Of a stretch of DNA of 64,000 bases, positions 24,306-37,484 are shown piece by piece; position 1 is the first letter of the stretch; every line of letters begins with the position of its first letter. Source of the stretch: Mobula hypostoma (taxonomy: Eukaryota). Position numbers and translations under genes: made by a program. The notes under the pieces were generated by a model that was not told the DNA's origin, ran no database searches, and saw only the letters and a program-made list of their open reading frames with translations. The stretch is from NCBI RefSeq assembly GCF_963921235.1, contig NC_086108.1, forward strand, positions 57,166,001 to 57,230,000. Reading direction: 5' to 3'.

Positions 24306-24470
24306 TCACTTTGTTATATGACTGTACGTCTTCAGGCTCTGTACCTCCTCCCTGATAGTAATAATGAGAAAAGAGCATATCTGAATGGTGAATTTCCTAA
24401 ATATAGATTCCACCTTCTTGAGGCATCGCCTTTTGAAGGTGTCCTCTAGGGTGGGGAGGCTATGCCCATG
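24306..24470 (-). mobile_element. Rex1/Babar-like 3' fragment
   Basis: HSLPTLEDTFKRRCLKKVESI. Confidence 0.6.
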
Positions 24471-24689
24471 ATAGTTGAAATCTGCAGAAAGTGTTTGTGG
24501 ATGTAGCATGTAACTATTTAGATTTACACCTAAACCTCCATGTATGATTATTAGTGGAGTGCTAGAATTGGGATAAGCTCAGCGCAATCAGTTTGAAAGA
24601 TGGCATAAAACATCATCAGGAAGCCTGAGCCAAATGTAACTAAGACAAAAGAGAGAGATGAAATTTAAAACTAAACTTGGATTCCAAGA

Positions 24690-27600
24690 ATGCGCTGCTT
24701 TGGTAAATACCAAACTTCCTATAGTTGCTACTTGTAAGCATTTGTCCAGCCAGTTCGAAACAAGCTACGAAGAACCCTCCTGAAACATACCCCCAGGGAT
24801 GCCCGAGGTGGGGGGGGGGGGAAAGGATGACCATCCCAATCGGACGGACCTATTGGCAATGACTCAAGCAAATGGACAATTGACTATGACCGTAGTCTGT
24901 ATCTGTGGCTGATAAAGTTTTAAAGGGATTCTCAGATTCCTGTAAATAATGGTTAAGGTTGAATCTGTGTATTCTGGTTTTCACATGACTTTTCACACCT
25001 TTTTGGTTTCAACAAAAGGTGGAGATAAAGCAGGGCATTCCTTACGCTCCTTTCCTAATTTCAGTAGAGTCTCTTATCTAAATTATTAAATTCTGCTCTA
25101 TTTGAGTAGCCAGAATATCCATTGATCTGACTCTTCTTTTGTATTGAGATGTTAAAGGATCAATCTGTCTTACTAACATGTAAAAGCTGAGTGCCCAGAC
25201 AAGGACATGCAGGATGTGAGAATTAATTATACTCTGCTCTCTGTTTACCTCTGCCTGATGTGATTAAGTATTCTTTGTCAAGTACATTTACCTCTGTTTT
25301 AGGTAATTAAGTGGCCTTTGTCTCAGACTATCACTGTTGCTAGACTTTCGTGACAAAGATAGTATAAAAAACTCTGCACCCCTCTGCTTAGACAGAGAGA
25401 CTTCTGTGGCTGACTCTCTGTGAGAGCAGAAGGAAGATTTTCTCGTAGCTTGCTACTAATAAAGATGGAAAAGAATCAACTGTGGTACTTGTTTCATTTC
25501 ATCGGGTTGATCACCATTGATATGGCAAGATCCACCACACAACGATGGCCTACTTGAGGAGGGAACAAGTGAAGCAACGTACAGGAGCAGTAGCTAGTAC
25601 TACAAGCTCTGTGGTGCTGACTACAGAACCTGGTCAGACAGAGGAGGAGCCAGGCCCGGAGTCACCCCACAATGCCTGGAACCTCCAAGCAACACAAGTC
25701 CCCCGAGTGAGCAGGAAGTTGGAATAGCGTCAGGTGAAGTGGCCTGCTACTAACAAGAAGGAGTAGCTCCAGTTAGTTGAGGATGTAGACAAGATTCTGG
25801 AGGCGATATCGAAGGGCAATGCTGACCAGAGGCTCCGGACTATGTGAGCATAATGAGCATAGGCTCAGAATGGTTTGGCGTCAAGGAAAATTATGGAACA
25901 AGTAATCTAGCGAGACCAAACTGGTGGTTACTGAAGAGCTGAGACAAGAACTCAAATCTCTAAAGCGCCAATGTAAGTTGGCCAAGGAGGAGGAGAAAAC
26001 TGCCCTGTCAGACCTCACAGGTATCATCAGGAAGAGGCTCATCACACTCAGGTGGGCTGAGTGGCACAGAAGGAAGGGCAAAGAGAGGGCCCGAAAGCGC
26101 AGCGGTTTCATTACCAATGCCTTCGGCTTTACCAAGAGGATACTATGTCAGAAGTGAAGTGGCCACCTCACTTGTTCTGTAGAGGAGATAAACCAACATC
26201 TCAGTATTACTTTCAGTGACACCTCGAGAGAGCAGGACCTCTGCCCACTGGTGACACCTCCAGAACCGGTGACCCAATTCAACGTCTCTGAGCCCACCCT
26301 GAAGGAGGTCAAAGAAGCACTCAAAGCAGCAAGAGCAAGTTTGCCCCTGGCCCCAGCAGAGTGCCTTACAAAGTCTACAAGTAGTGCCCAAGGCTCCTTG
26401 TACGACTCTGGAAGATCTTAAAGGTGATCTGGAGGAGAGGAAAGGTCGCCGCTCAGTGGAGGCACGCAGAGGGTGTCTGGATACCAAAAGAAGAGGATTC
26501 AAGCAACATCGAGCAGTTTCGTATTATCTCGCTGTTCAGCGTTGAAGGGAGGATCTTTTTCAAGATTGTGACCCAACGTTTAACGGAGTTCCTCTTGAAG
26601 AGTGGACACATAGACACCTCAGTACAGAAGGGGGGAGTCCCAGGAGTACCTGGATGCCTAGAGCATACAGGAGTGGTGACCCAGCTGATCCAGGAGGCAA
26701 GGGAGAACAGAGGAGACCTTGCAGCACTCTGGCTAGACATAACCAACACCTATGGATCGTTGAAACAGCACTGACAAGACACCATGTTCCAGAGATGATC
26801 CAAAACCTCATCCTGGACAATTACAGCAGCTTCAGATTGAGAGTCTCCTCAGGGTCAGTAACATCCGCCTGGCATCGGCTGGAGAAGGGCACAATCACTG
26901 GCTGCACAATCTCGGTGCCACTCTTCTCACTGGCCATGAACCTGATTGTCAAGTCAGCGGAGGTGGAATGTAGAGGCCCCATGTCTAGATCTGGTACTCG
27001 GCAGCCCCAATAAGAGCACTCATGGACGACCTGATGGTGATGGCAACATCCGTCCCTGGGTGCAGATGGCTCCTTCAAGAGCTGGAATGGCTCATCTCAT
27101 GGGTAAGGATGAGCTTTAAACCAGCCAAGTCCAGGTCTCTGGTCCTGAAGAAGGGAAGAGTGGCCGACCGGTTCCGCTTTACCCTGGGAGGGATCCAGAT
27201 TCCAACGGTGACAGAAAAACCAGTCAAGAGCCTGGGCACGATCTTCAACAGTTCCCTGAAGGACACAGCCGCACTTCAACAAACCAGGAGCCTGACAGCC
27301 TGGCTCACCGCGATTGATAAACCGTGGCTTCCAGGAAAATTCAAAGCCTGGATGTACCAACACGGAGTCCTGCCAAGGCTACTCTGGCCCCTTCTAGTCT
27401 ACGAGGTGCCAATGTCAACAGTGGAGGCTCTGGAGAAAACCATCAGTCAGTCTCTCCGGAGGTGGGTGGGTCTCCCCCAGACCTTAAGCTGCATTGCCCT
27501 GTCTGGGCATTCCACCAAGCTACAGCTCCCCATCAGCGGCCTGTCAGAGGAATTCAAGGTCACTCGAGCCAGGGAGGTAATGATGTACCGAGACTCCTCT

Positions 27601-28825
27601 GATGTTAAAGTCGCTTCAGCAGGAATCTGTGTAAAGACCGGAAGGAAGAGGCAGGCACAGGAAGCTGTCGACAGAGTGGAGGCACGGCTGTGGCACAACA
27701 TTTTGGTGGGTGTTGTAGTGGTGGAGTGGGCAGAACTGGGCTGTTTTCCCAAACCACGCTACGACAAAACCCATGGAAAGGAGAAACGTCGACTGGTTCA
27801 GGATGAGATACGAGCAGGAGTGGAGGAAGAACGACACAGCAAGATGGCCAGCATGTACAAACAAGGTGCCTGGACTAGATGGGAGCATGGGGAACCTCGC
27901 AAGTTCACCTGGACAGAGCTCTGGAGAGCCGAACCATCGTGCATCAAGTTTTCATCCAATCAGTCTATGATGTTCTCCCAAGCCCGGCCAACCTGCACAG
28001 GTGGGGCATGGCAAACACTCCAGCATGCCAACTGTGCCAGAGGAGGGGCACCTTGGAGCATATCCTAAGTTGCTGCCCGAAGGCGTTGGGGAAGGGTGAT
28101 ACCGCTGGCAGCATGACCAAGTCCTAAGGTCTATGGCGGATGCAATCAGCACAGCGATTCAAGACAGCAAAAATCAGCACACTCCCAAACAGTCCATCAC
28201 CTTTATCAGAGCGGGGGAGAAGGCTCAACATCGGCCTAGCTCCTCGGGAGGGCTTCTTGCCACTGCGCGAGACTGGCAGCTCCAAGTCGATCTAGGGACG
28301 CAGCTCAAGTTCCCAGAGAACATCGCATCCACTCCGCCCCGCCCGGACATGGTGTTAATATCGGAGTCTACAAAGCAAGTGGTTCTGCTGGAACTTACTG
28401 TCCCCTGGGAAGACCGGATCGAAGAGGCCAACAAGCACAAGAGGGCTAAATACACAGATCTTGTTGCAGTATGCTGGAGCAATGGCTGGAGAGCTCGCTG
28501 TGAGCCAGTCGAAGTTGGGTGCTGGGGCTTTGCTGGCCATTCATTACAGCAGACTCTAAAACTCCTTGGAGTTAGAGGACACAGTGCAGAAGAGCCACCA
28601 AGAACATTCTGGAAGCCACTGAAAAGGCCTCGCGGTGGCTGTGGATCCGGAGGGGTGATCCGTGGATTAGTGCGCCACTTGGACACGAGTCGGGGGCTGA
28701 TATTCCCCCCACCCCCCGGGTCGACCAGGCGAGGGTGTCTCATGAGTAAAGACCCGAAACACCCTACGACCCCGGGTTCATCACTGAAGACGTGTCCAAG
28801 TAGCACCAGAAGGTATATTCTACAT
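24690..28825 (+). mobile_element. R2-group (Hero-like) non-LTR retrotransposon with restriction-like endonuclease, near full length but frameshifted
   Basis: N-terminal zinc-finger remnant VVCICG|KIH; RT motifs QKGGVPGVPGCLEH, WLDITNTYGS, GTITGCTIS, MDDL; CCHC CQLCQRRGTLEHILSCC; RLE RPDMVLISESTKQVVLLELTVPWE. Ends approximate. Confidence 0.9.
24910..25522 (+). mobile_element. Solo LTR (ERV-like) inserted into the Hero zinc-finger region
   Basis: 4-bp TSD TGGC at 24906-24909 and 25523-25526; starts TG, ends TA (probably mutated CA); TATAAAAA near 25363 and AATAAA near 25458. Confidence 0.7.
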
Positions 28826-28879
28826 CTACAACTGCAGTAGCAATCCTGAGATAAAACATGGCTGCTAAATTGGACAGAT

Positions 28880-29425
28880 ATAGAATCATAGAAATCTACA
28901 GCACATTACAGGCCCTTCGGCCCACAGTGTTGTGCTGACCATGTGTCCTACTCTAGAGACTGCCTAGTATTATCCTACCACATAGCCCTCATGTCACTGT
29001 TGCAAAATCTGTCTTTGCGGCAACAGTACAATGAAATTCATAATAACAGAGAAAAAAACTGAATTACAGTTAAGTGTATATTAAATAATTAAATAAGTGG
29101 TGAAAGAAATGACACGTAGTGAGGTAGTGTTCATGGATTCAATGTCCATTCAGGGGAAGAAGCTGTTCTTAAATCATTGAGTGTGTGCCTCCAAGCCTCC
29201 ATACCTCCTAGCTGAGGGCAGCAATGAGAACAGGGCATGTCCTTGGGTGATGGGGATACTTAATGATGGATGCCGACTTCTGGAGGCATTGCTCCCTAAA
29301 GATGTCCTGGATACTGCAGAGTTTAGTCCCCGTGATGGAGCTGACTAATTTTACACTTTCTGCAGCTTATTTTGATCCTGTACAGTAGCCCCTCCTCCTC
29401 CCATACCAGACGGTGATGCAGCCAG
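28880..29425 (-). mobile_element. CR1 3' tail (28880-28990) adjoining a Rex1/Babar 3' fragment (28990-29425)
   Basis: Similar to 47505-47625 and 48360-48840 respectively. Confidence 0.7.
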
Positions 29426-30583
29426 TGATGATGATGAGAATGGACAACAAAAATGTTGGTATTACAAAGGAAGTTTGCAAACTCATTCAATAAATTGAAG
29501 ACTATTTACAAGGTTTGTCTCCAGATTGGTTCATCTCAATATCTTCCCCACACTGAACACGTGCTCAGGTTGTTTTTGCTCGGACTGGTGAGCTCTCTTC
29601 TCAAGCACCTGCTCCTCCACTTTCGAGGGCCGGTGGCATTCAAGTGCTGGTGAACTGACCAACACAGAACCAAAATGTCGTTGTGTTTGACACTCCCATA
29701 CACAAATCCTTCATCAAAGTAAACACTTCATCAATCTGTGTCTTAGCTCAGTTTAACGTCAATTACTTCTATGTTCTGAGATTTGTTGCTTTTAGCTTGG
29801 TGTACAGTGCAAATTACAAAATGCCTAAATACATAAATTGTGCAAAAGAGGACAATGGAGTCATATTCACAGACAGTTCAAATATCTGGTGGTGAAGATA
29901 TGTAGTGATCTGAGGAGCCCATCAGAGGGAAGCATAATGCAGGATACAATATATTTCCAAATTCAGAGGCATCAGTTCCATAGATGCTGCCTGGCTGCTG
30001 AGTTCCTCCAGCGTTTTGTGTGTCACTGAATCTCTTGTGTTTAGATATTTAAATGCTGTCAGCAATGTTGAATCCTTTGCTCTCTCTGGCAAGGCATTCC
30101 TGGAACTTGCTACTCTCTGGGTCTAAGAGTATCCATGCTAAACCTCTTACCTTCTGCCTGAAGCTGTGTCCTTTAGCTTTATCTACATCTTATATGGGGA
30201 ACGGTCTCCTTCAGAGTATCCTACCTACACCACGGTGCCAAGGTCTCAGGCACCTAAATGTAGCTATGGTGCCCAAGACTTTTGTGCTGCACTGTATTTG
30301 TCAACGTGGAGCAGAGAGCGAGTTTGTAAATCTGGTGGGAGTAAAGGATGTTGGGAATGACGAGGGTGGAGCTCCACAGGAGGGGCATGGGACAGGTGGC
30401 ATAGAAGGAGTACTGGGGCGGGTTCAGAGACATCCAGCCCTTGGACATCAAGCAAAATTATTTGAATCAAAACAATTGGTTTATTGATCAACACAGAATG
30501 TCTCTCTGGTGCTTCCCACTCCCTTCCCTCTCCTGGCCCATTTTCCCAGCCATGATTCCCCTCTCCCTTTCTCCATACGGCTG

Positions 30584-32530
30584 TAAGACCACACGACATA
30601 GGAGCAGAATTAGGCCATTCAGCCCATCGAGTCTGCTCCCCAACTCCATCATGGCTGATCCCGGATCCCACTCAACCCCATACACCTGCCTTCTCACCGT
30701 ATCCTTTGATGCCCTGACCAATCAGGGAAACTATCAATTTCTGCCTTAAATATGTCTACAGACTTGGCCTGGCCTCCACTGCAGTCTGTGGCAGAGCATT
30801 CCACAGTTTCACTATTCTCTGACTAAAAAAATTCCTCCTTACCTCTGTTCTAAAGGGTTGCCCCTCAATTTTGAGGCTGTGCCCTCTAGTTCTGGTTACC
30901 TCCCACCATCGGAAACATCCTCTCCTCATCCACCCTATCTAGTCCTTTCAACATTTGGTAGGTTTCAATGAGATCAACCCACGTTCTTCTGAATTCCAGT
31001 GAGTACAGGCCTAAAGCTGCCAAACACTCCTCATATGTTAACCCATTCATTCCTGGAATCATCCTCATGAATCTCCTCTGGACTCTCTCCAATGATAACA
31101 CATCCTTTCTGAGATATGGGGTACAAAACTGTTGACATTACTCCAAGTGTGGCCTGACTAGTGTCTTATAAAGGCTCAGTATGATGTCCTTGCTTTTATA
31201 TTCTATTCCCCTTGAAATAAATGGCAACATTGCATTTGCCTTCTTTACCACAGAATCATCCTGTAAATTAACCTTCTGGGAGTCTTGCATGAGGACTCCT
31301 AAGTCCCTCTGCACCTCTGATGTTTGAACTTTCTCTCCATTTAGATAATTGTCTGCACTATTTTTCCTTTTGTCGGAATGCATTACCATACATTTCCCAA
31401 CACTATCTTCCATCTGCCACTTTTTTGCCCATTCTTCCAGTTTGTCTGAGTCCTACTGCAATCGCATTGTTTCCTCAGCACTACCTACCCCTCCACCTAT
31501 CTTTGTATCATCCGAAAACTTTGCCACAAAGCCATTAATTCCATTATCTAAATCATTGACAAACAATGTGAAAAGCTGTGGTTGCAACACTGACCCCTGA
31601 GGAACACCACTAGTCACTGGTAGCCAACCAGAAAAGGCCCCCTTTATTCCCACTCACTGTCTCCTGCCTGTCAGCCATTCCTGTAATGCTGTAGAATTTT
31701 ATCTTTTTAATCAGCCTCATGTGTGGCACCTTATCAAATGCTTTCTGAAAATCCAACTAAATGACATCCACTGCCTCTCCTTTGTCCACCCTGCTTATCC
31801 CTTCGAGGACAAAACTCTAACAAATTTGTCAGGCAAGATTTCCCTTTACAGAAACACTGCCGACTTTGACTTATTTTATCATTAGTCTCCAAGTATCCTG
31901 AAACCTCATCCTTAATAATAGATTCCAACACTTCCCTAAACACTGAGGTTAGGCTAACTGGCCTCTAATTTGTTTTTTTTTTGCCTTCCTCCCTTCTTAA
32001 AGAGGGGAGTGACATTTGCAATCTTGCAGTCCTCCGGGTCCATGCCAGAATCAAGTGATTCTTGAAAGATCATGACCAATGCATTTGTTATCTCTTCAGC
32101 AACCTCTCTCAGGGCTCTGGGATGTAGTCCATCTGGTCCAGGTGACTTATCCACCTCAAGACCTTTGAGGCTGCCTAACACTTTTTCCTTTGTAATAGCA
32201 ATGGCTCTCACTCCTGCTCCCTGACACTCATAGACCTCTGGCACTCTGCTAGTATCTTCTACAGTGAAGACTGATGCCAAGTACCTATTAAGTTCATCTG
32301 TCACTTCTTTGTCCCCCATTACTACCTCACCAGTATAATTTTCCAGTGGTCCAATATCACCTCTCACCTCCCTTTTACTCTTTATATAACTGAAAAAAAC
32401 TTTCAATATCCTGTTTCATATTATTGGCTAGTTTGCCCTCATATTTCAACTTTTCCCTTCTTACAGCTTTTTTAGTGGCCTTTTGTTGGATTTTAAAAGC
32501 TTCCCAATCATCCAACTTCCCACTCTTTTG
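30584..32530 (-). mobile_element. CR1 LINE, 5'-truncated and frameshifted
   Basis: Minus-strand ORFs with DKSPGPDGLHPR, GVPQGSVL, KFSDDTK, LERVQRRF; 3' tail near 30585. Confidence 0.92.
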
Positions 32531-32651
32531 TTCTCCTTCCCACTCACAATCCATAATAGAAATCCATATCAAAATCAGCTTTATCATCACTCACATATGT
32601 TATGAAATTAATGTTTGTGGCAGTAGTGCAGTTCTTTACATGAAATTACTA

Positions 32652-32718
32652 TAGTGGTATGCAAAAGCTTTAGACACCCTAGCTATATAAACATGCCTAA
32701 GACTTTTGCATAGTACTG
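32652..32718. mobile_element. Tiny Tc1/mariner-type MITE
   Basis: Imperfect inverted ends TAGTGGTATGCAAAAGCTTTAGACA / TGCCTAAGACTTTTGCATAGTACTG flanked by TA; a degraded relative lies at ~30230-30297. Confidence 0.6.
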
Positions 32719-33640
32719 TATACCCCATGATGTCAAATAAAACTATTTCAGTCTGTCTGAACATCCCTCCATTCCCTGCATGTTCATGTGTCAGTTGAAA
32801 TGCCTTTTAAATGCCTCTCATATCTGCGTCCACTGCCCTTCCCAGCAGTTCCAAGCATTTACCACTCTCTATGTAAAAAAAAACTTGATCCACGCATCTT
32901 TAAACTTCCCTCCTCTCCCCTTAAAGTTATGCCCCAGATGTCTTCATTTTCTCCCACCATAGTTGTCAGAGTTTTCAGTCGGATCTCACCCACTGCCTCC
33001 ATTTCTGCTCTCACCCCATCTCCACCTGCCAAAGCAAATGCTCCCCTTGTCCTCACCTTAACCTTCATTTGCCTTCAAATTTTAAAAAAAACACCCTTAC
33101 TTCCACCACCTTCAATGTGATGCACATCAGATAACTCTGCCCTTCCTGTCACCATTCACAAGATGGACAGAAATAGGTCACTCCGTCCGTCAAGCTGCAC
33201 CTCCATTCAAGATGATCGTGGCTGTTCTGCCCCAGTCCTCAGCTACTCTTCTATGCCAGTGTGCATCACCCACAGGTCCCTGATCCTTCAAAAACATACG
33301 CAGTGTTTTTAAATCCCTTCAGAGACCGGGCCTCTCCAGCCTTTGGTGATGAAAATCATGTAAAAAGAGACTAACACACCTAAATGAAGTGAAGACACTG
33401 CAGAGCGTGTTTGCAAAATTTATAACTGAACTATATATTTTTTAAACAAAATATCACACTAGATGTTCCTGGATCGTCTAGATGAATTCAGACGGACGTC
33501 ATGTTTAGCCCGGATCCTAACTTATTCTAACAATCCTGGAAATGTAACAATATTTTGCCTTCCAAAAATACTTTACATAATTCACTTAATCTGCTGTCAT
33601 CAAGAAAAGAAAGAGTTGCATTGAAAAAGAAATTTTTAGA

Positions 33641-33890
33641 AATACTTTATACTTTATTGTCACCAAACAATTGGTACTAGAATGTACAATCATCACAGCA
33701 ATATTTGATTCTGCGCTTCACACTCCCTGGATTACAAATATTAAATATTAAAAATATTAAAAATTAGTAAATATTAAAAATTTAAATTATAAATCATAAA
33801 TAGAAAATAGGAAAATGGGAAATAAGGTAGTGCAAAAAAACCGAGAGGCAGGTCTGGATACTTAGAGGGTATGGCCCAGATCCGGGCCAA
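33641..33890 (-). mobile_element. Rex1/Babar 3' UTR copy of the same family as 18688-19541
   Basis: Close reverse complement of ~19295-19541 including the (ATACTTT)n tail. Confidence 0.9.
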
Positions 33891-34170
33891 ATACAGTACA
33901 GAACGGCCCCTTTCAGCCCAACAGGATGCACCACCAAGAAACCCACCTATTTAATGACAGGACAGTTTATAATTACCAATTAATCTACTGAGTGGTTCGC
34001 CTTTGGACTGTGGGGAAGAACTCGAGCACTGGCAAGAGACCCCCGGGCTCACAGGGAGAACATACAAACTCCTTACAGAAGGCATTGGCACTGAACTCCG
34101 AACTCTGGAATCCCCCCCACCCCCGAGCTGTAACAACGTTGTGCTGACCATTACGTGACTGTGGTGCCCC
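33891..34170 (-). mobile_element. V-SINE / HE1-like SINE
   Basis: TTTGGACTGTGGGGAAGAACTCGAGCAC...GGAGAACATACAAACTCC. Confidence 0.75.
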
Positions 34171-34189
34171 TTCTCTGATCTCAGGATAG

Positions 34190-34576
34190 TCCAAAGAACT
34201 TTACACTCAATTAAGTTCTTTTTGAAATGCAGTCATATAGGTACTGTAATACAGGAACATAGCAAAGCTCAAGCATTCAGGATCTAATAATGACAGATAA
34301 GGAGATTTAATCATATCATTGAAAATAAGTTCTGGACAGGACAAAAATAATTATCTGCTCTTAGAAATAATGCCACAGAAACTTGTAAGCCACCTTGAGA
34401 AGGAGAACTGGACCTTGCACTTCAAAGTCCCATCTGAAAAGTGCTCGTGTCAGTACAGCACAAATTCAGTAACGTACTTAAACAACAGCTTGGATTTTGC
34501 ACTCAAGTCTTTGAAGTTAGACTTGAAACCACAAACCTCTAACTTGAGAGGGAAGAATGCTTCTTGCTGAGCTACT
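34190..34576 (-). mobile_element. Ancient Deu-domain SINE (SacSINE/AmnSINE-like)
   Basis: Minus strand TAGCTCAG...GGTTTCAAGTC...GACTTGAGTGCAAAATCCAAGCTG...TTTCAGATGGGAC resembles a tRNA head plus Deu domain. Confidence 0.6.
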
Positions 34577-37317
34577 GAGTGACACATCTCAAATGTTTCC
34601 TTTTAGTCTCCATTAAACTTAGTAAAGTGCAATGAAATAGCTCTGAGGAAAACTGAAGATTGATTTAATACAACGGTTGGTTCATAAACCAAGAGATGAA
34701 GTCCTCTATGATCTAAATTTGTATGTAGGTATCAAATAGAAATTACTTCAGGCTGACTCAGCTTTCAGATGAAATTTCCAAATGATGCTGAGGTAGAAAT
34801 GGTGTATAATATAAATATGTTATTTACACTCATAATTAGGCAGGTTGATCAGTTAATTTCATGAGCTTCAATTCAGGAAAGGTCAGCATTTTTACTTAAC
34901 AAAATTAAAACAAGTCTTGCATTTGCCTGTTTTTTTCACTCAGTTTTCCAATACCTCCTCTGAAGCACCTGAAGGTTTAAATATTTTCCTTGGTCAACAT
35001 CACAATTCCCGTAGTTAACTCTGGCTCTGACCTAACCATTTTGCTGATGAATGAGAGAGAGGGAATAAGTTTGAGGGGGATAATATTGTGCTGCCAGAGC
35101 CAAACACATCAAGGCTTTCTACACTTACTCTGACTTCAGAGGTTGAAGGGCAAGAGGTAGATGATGAATTAGTGCACAGGCATCAAGTGATTCCAATTAA
35201 TTTATTTATCACATGTGCATTGAATCAGTGAAATGCATCATTTGTGTTAACAACCAATACAATCTAAAGATGCACTGGGGAAACCTGTGTCTCCACACAT
35301 TCTTGAGCAACATAGAATGCTCACAATAATAGGTGATAGTTAAGTGATAGTTGTTCACATCTCTATAAAAGATTAAGAGAACTAATCAATAGATCTTACA
35401 CTTTTGCAGAATCAACATTTACTCCAATGTTTGAAGGTTTTCCTGATGTAAGTCCCAAAGCTCTTTTTCACTATTTAGAATAGGTATCCATTGATATAAA
35501 TTGAAATCAGTTAACTTTTTTGTGAAATGTATGCCTTTATAAAATCATATTTAGAATAACACTTTTCTAAGCTAAATTGCCCAAATGATTTTTATCTTTC
35601 CCACTTGCCTGTATGTTTGTCTCCATTTAAATCTCCTCTATTTCTTTGGCATTGCTGCTCTGTTTAATTGGACATGTTTAGCAAAGATTCCATGATACTT
35701 CTTGCATCTCTGTCAGCATGTTCCTTTACTATTTCAATACAATTACACTTTCCATTTCTCCTTCCCCTGCATAGCACCTTTCAGTTTTGCCATGAAATTT
35801 CAATTATTGTTGTTCCTGCCTGCTTCAGCATAACTTAATTACACTAAGTTTCATGACAACTTCTGATCAATATGACAGGAGGGAGGCAAGCAACCAAAGG
35901 CTCCACTGCAAGCAGCAATCTCATAGGCAGACCATTTGCCACTGGTAAAAATCAATGGGAAAAGGCCACAAAAGAGATTTTCAATGAAGTTCTCAGCACT
36001 GGTGGACTAGTCCCTCCATCATTGTTCCCACTTCACATTGAAACATTCATAGCATTTAACTCTTATCTACATTGGCAAGGCTACAATTGTGAAACGTTCC
36101 ACTGCGAGTGACAGGAAGTCCTCATCTTTTCCCAAGTAATTCTGCAACATTACTTATGTTTTTTAATTAACTAAAGTATTTGTATTTGTTTCTTACTATT
36201 AGTTACAATGCCAAAAATCTGTTTTTCCTCCGTAGCCCAATGTGACCAAAACTGAACAAATACTTTTCTTTGAATATTTACTTCTGATGCAATAAAAAGT
36301 GGGTAATGGGAAATTATGATGCAGTGCCTGGTGGCACTGACCTGAATAATCCTGAAGTACTTTGAACAGTTGGTAATGGATTGTATAAAATCCCATCTTT
36401 CAGCTGGAATTGGATCCTACCACTCAAACCAGTCCACTACTGATGCCATAGCCTCGGCTCTCCACGCCATCCTGTCCCACATAGAAAGTGATGCCTCGTA
36501 CGCCAGGATGTTGTTCATCCAGTTCAGCTCATTGCTTAATATGGTTACTTCTCAGAGGTGGGTGGGTAAACTGTCTTCGTTAGGACTCAACACTGGACTC
36601 TGTATCTGGACCTTGGATATTTTGATAGAAAGAGCCCAGTCAGTCTGAGTTGGCAGCAATATCTCAAGTTGTATGACACTGAGCACTGGTGCCCCCCCAG
36701 GGCTGTGTGCTTAGCCCACTGCTGTTCACATTACTGACACACGGCAGCACTGCCAGATTCAGCTCAAAGCACATCATCAAGTTCGCTGATGGTACAACAG
36801 TGGTCAGCCTCATCAGCAACAACGATGAGTCAGAGTACTGGGAGGAGGTAGAGAGGCTTGTCAAGTGGTGTGAGAACAACAACCTAAGTCTCAAAGTGGA
36901 CTAAACAAAAGAGATGATTGTGGACTTCAGTTCGACCACTCCCTATTGCACATCAGTGACTCTGCCATGGAGAGAATGAACAGCACAAAGTTCCTTGGTG
37001 TGCACATAGCGGGTGATCTAACACGGACGCAAAACACCTCCTCACTAGTCAAGAAAGCATGGCAGCATCTATGCTTGCTGAGGAGTTTGAGGCATACAAA
37101 GCTCCCTGCTTCTATTCTAACACCTTTCTACAGGAGCACCATTGAGAGTGCCCTGTCTGGCTTCATTGTTGTGTGGGACGGAAGCTGCAAAGCATCGGAC
37201 CACAAGATTCTGCAGAATATAGTAAAAGCCACCAAGAGGATCGCTGGGGTCTCCACGTCCCCTTTTTGTGACATTTACCGAAAGCATTGTATACGGTCTA
37301 CACTTCTGAACTACAAA

Positions 37318-37337
37318 TGTATGTGTGTGTGTGTGTG

Positions 37338-37371
<34 letters not shown>
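37318..37371. repeat. (TG)n(TA)n microsatellite
   Basis: Direct reading. Confidence 0.95.
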
Positions 37372-37372
<1 letters not shown>

Positions 37373-37484
37373 TTTGCGTGTTTGTATTTCACTGATATCC
37401 TATATGTGCTTGCCATCTTGTACGTGCGAGGACTAGGCCTCAAGCCGTGCTGTCGCCTTTCTACAGCCGGCAGGAGACAGGATC

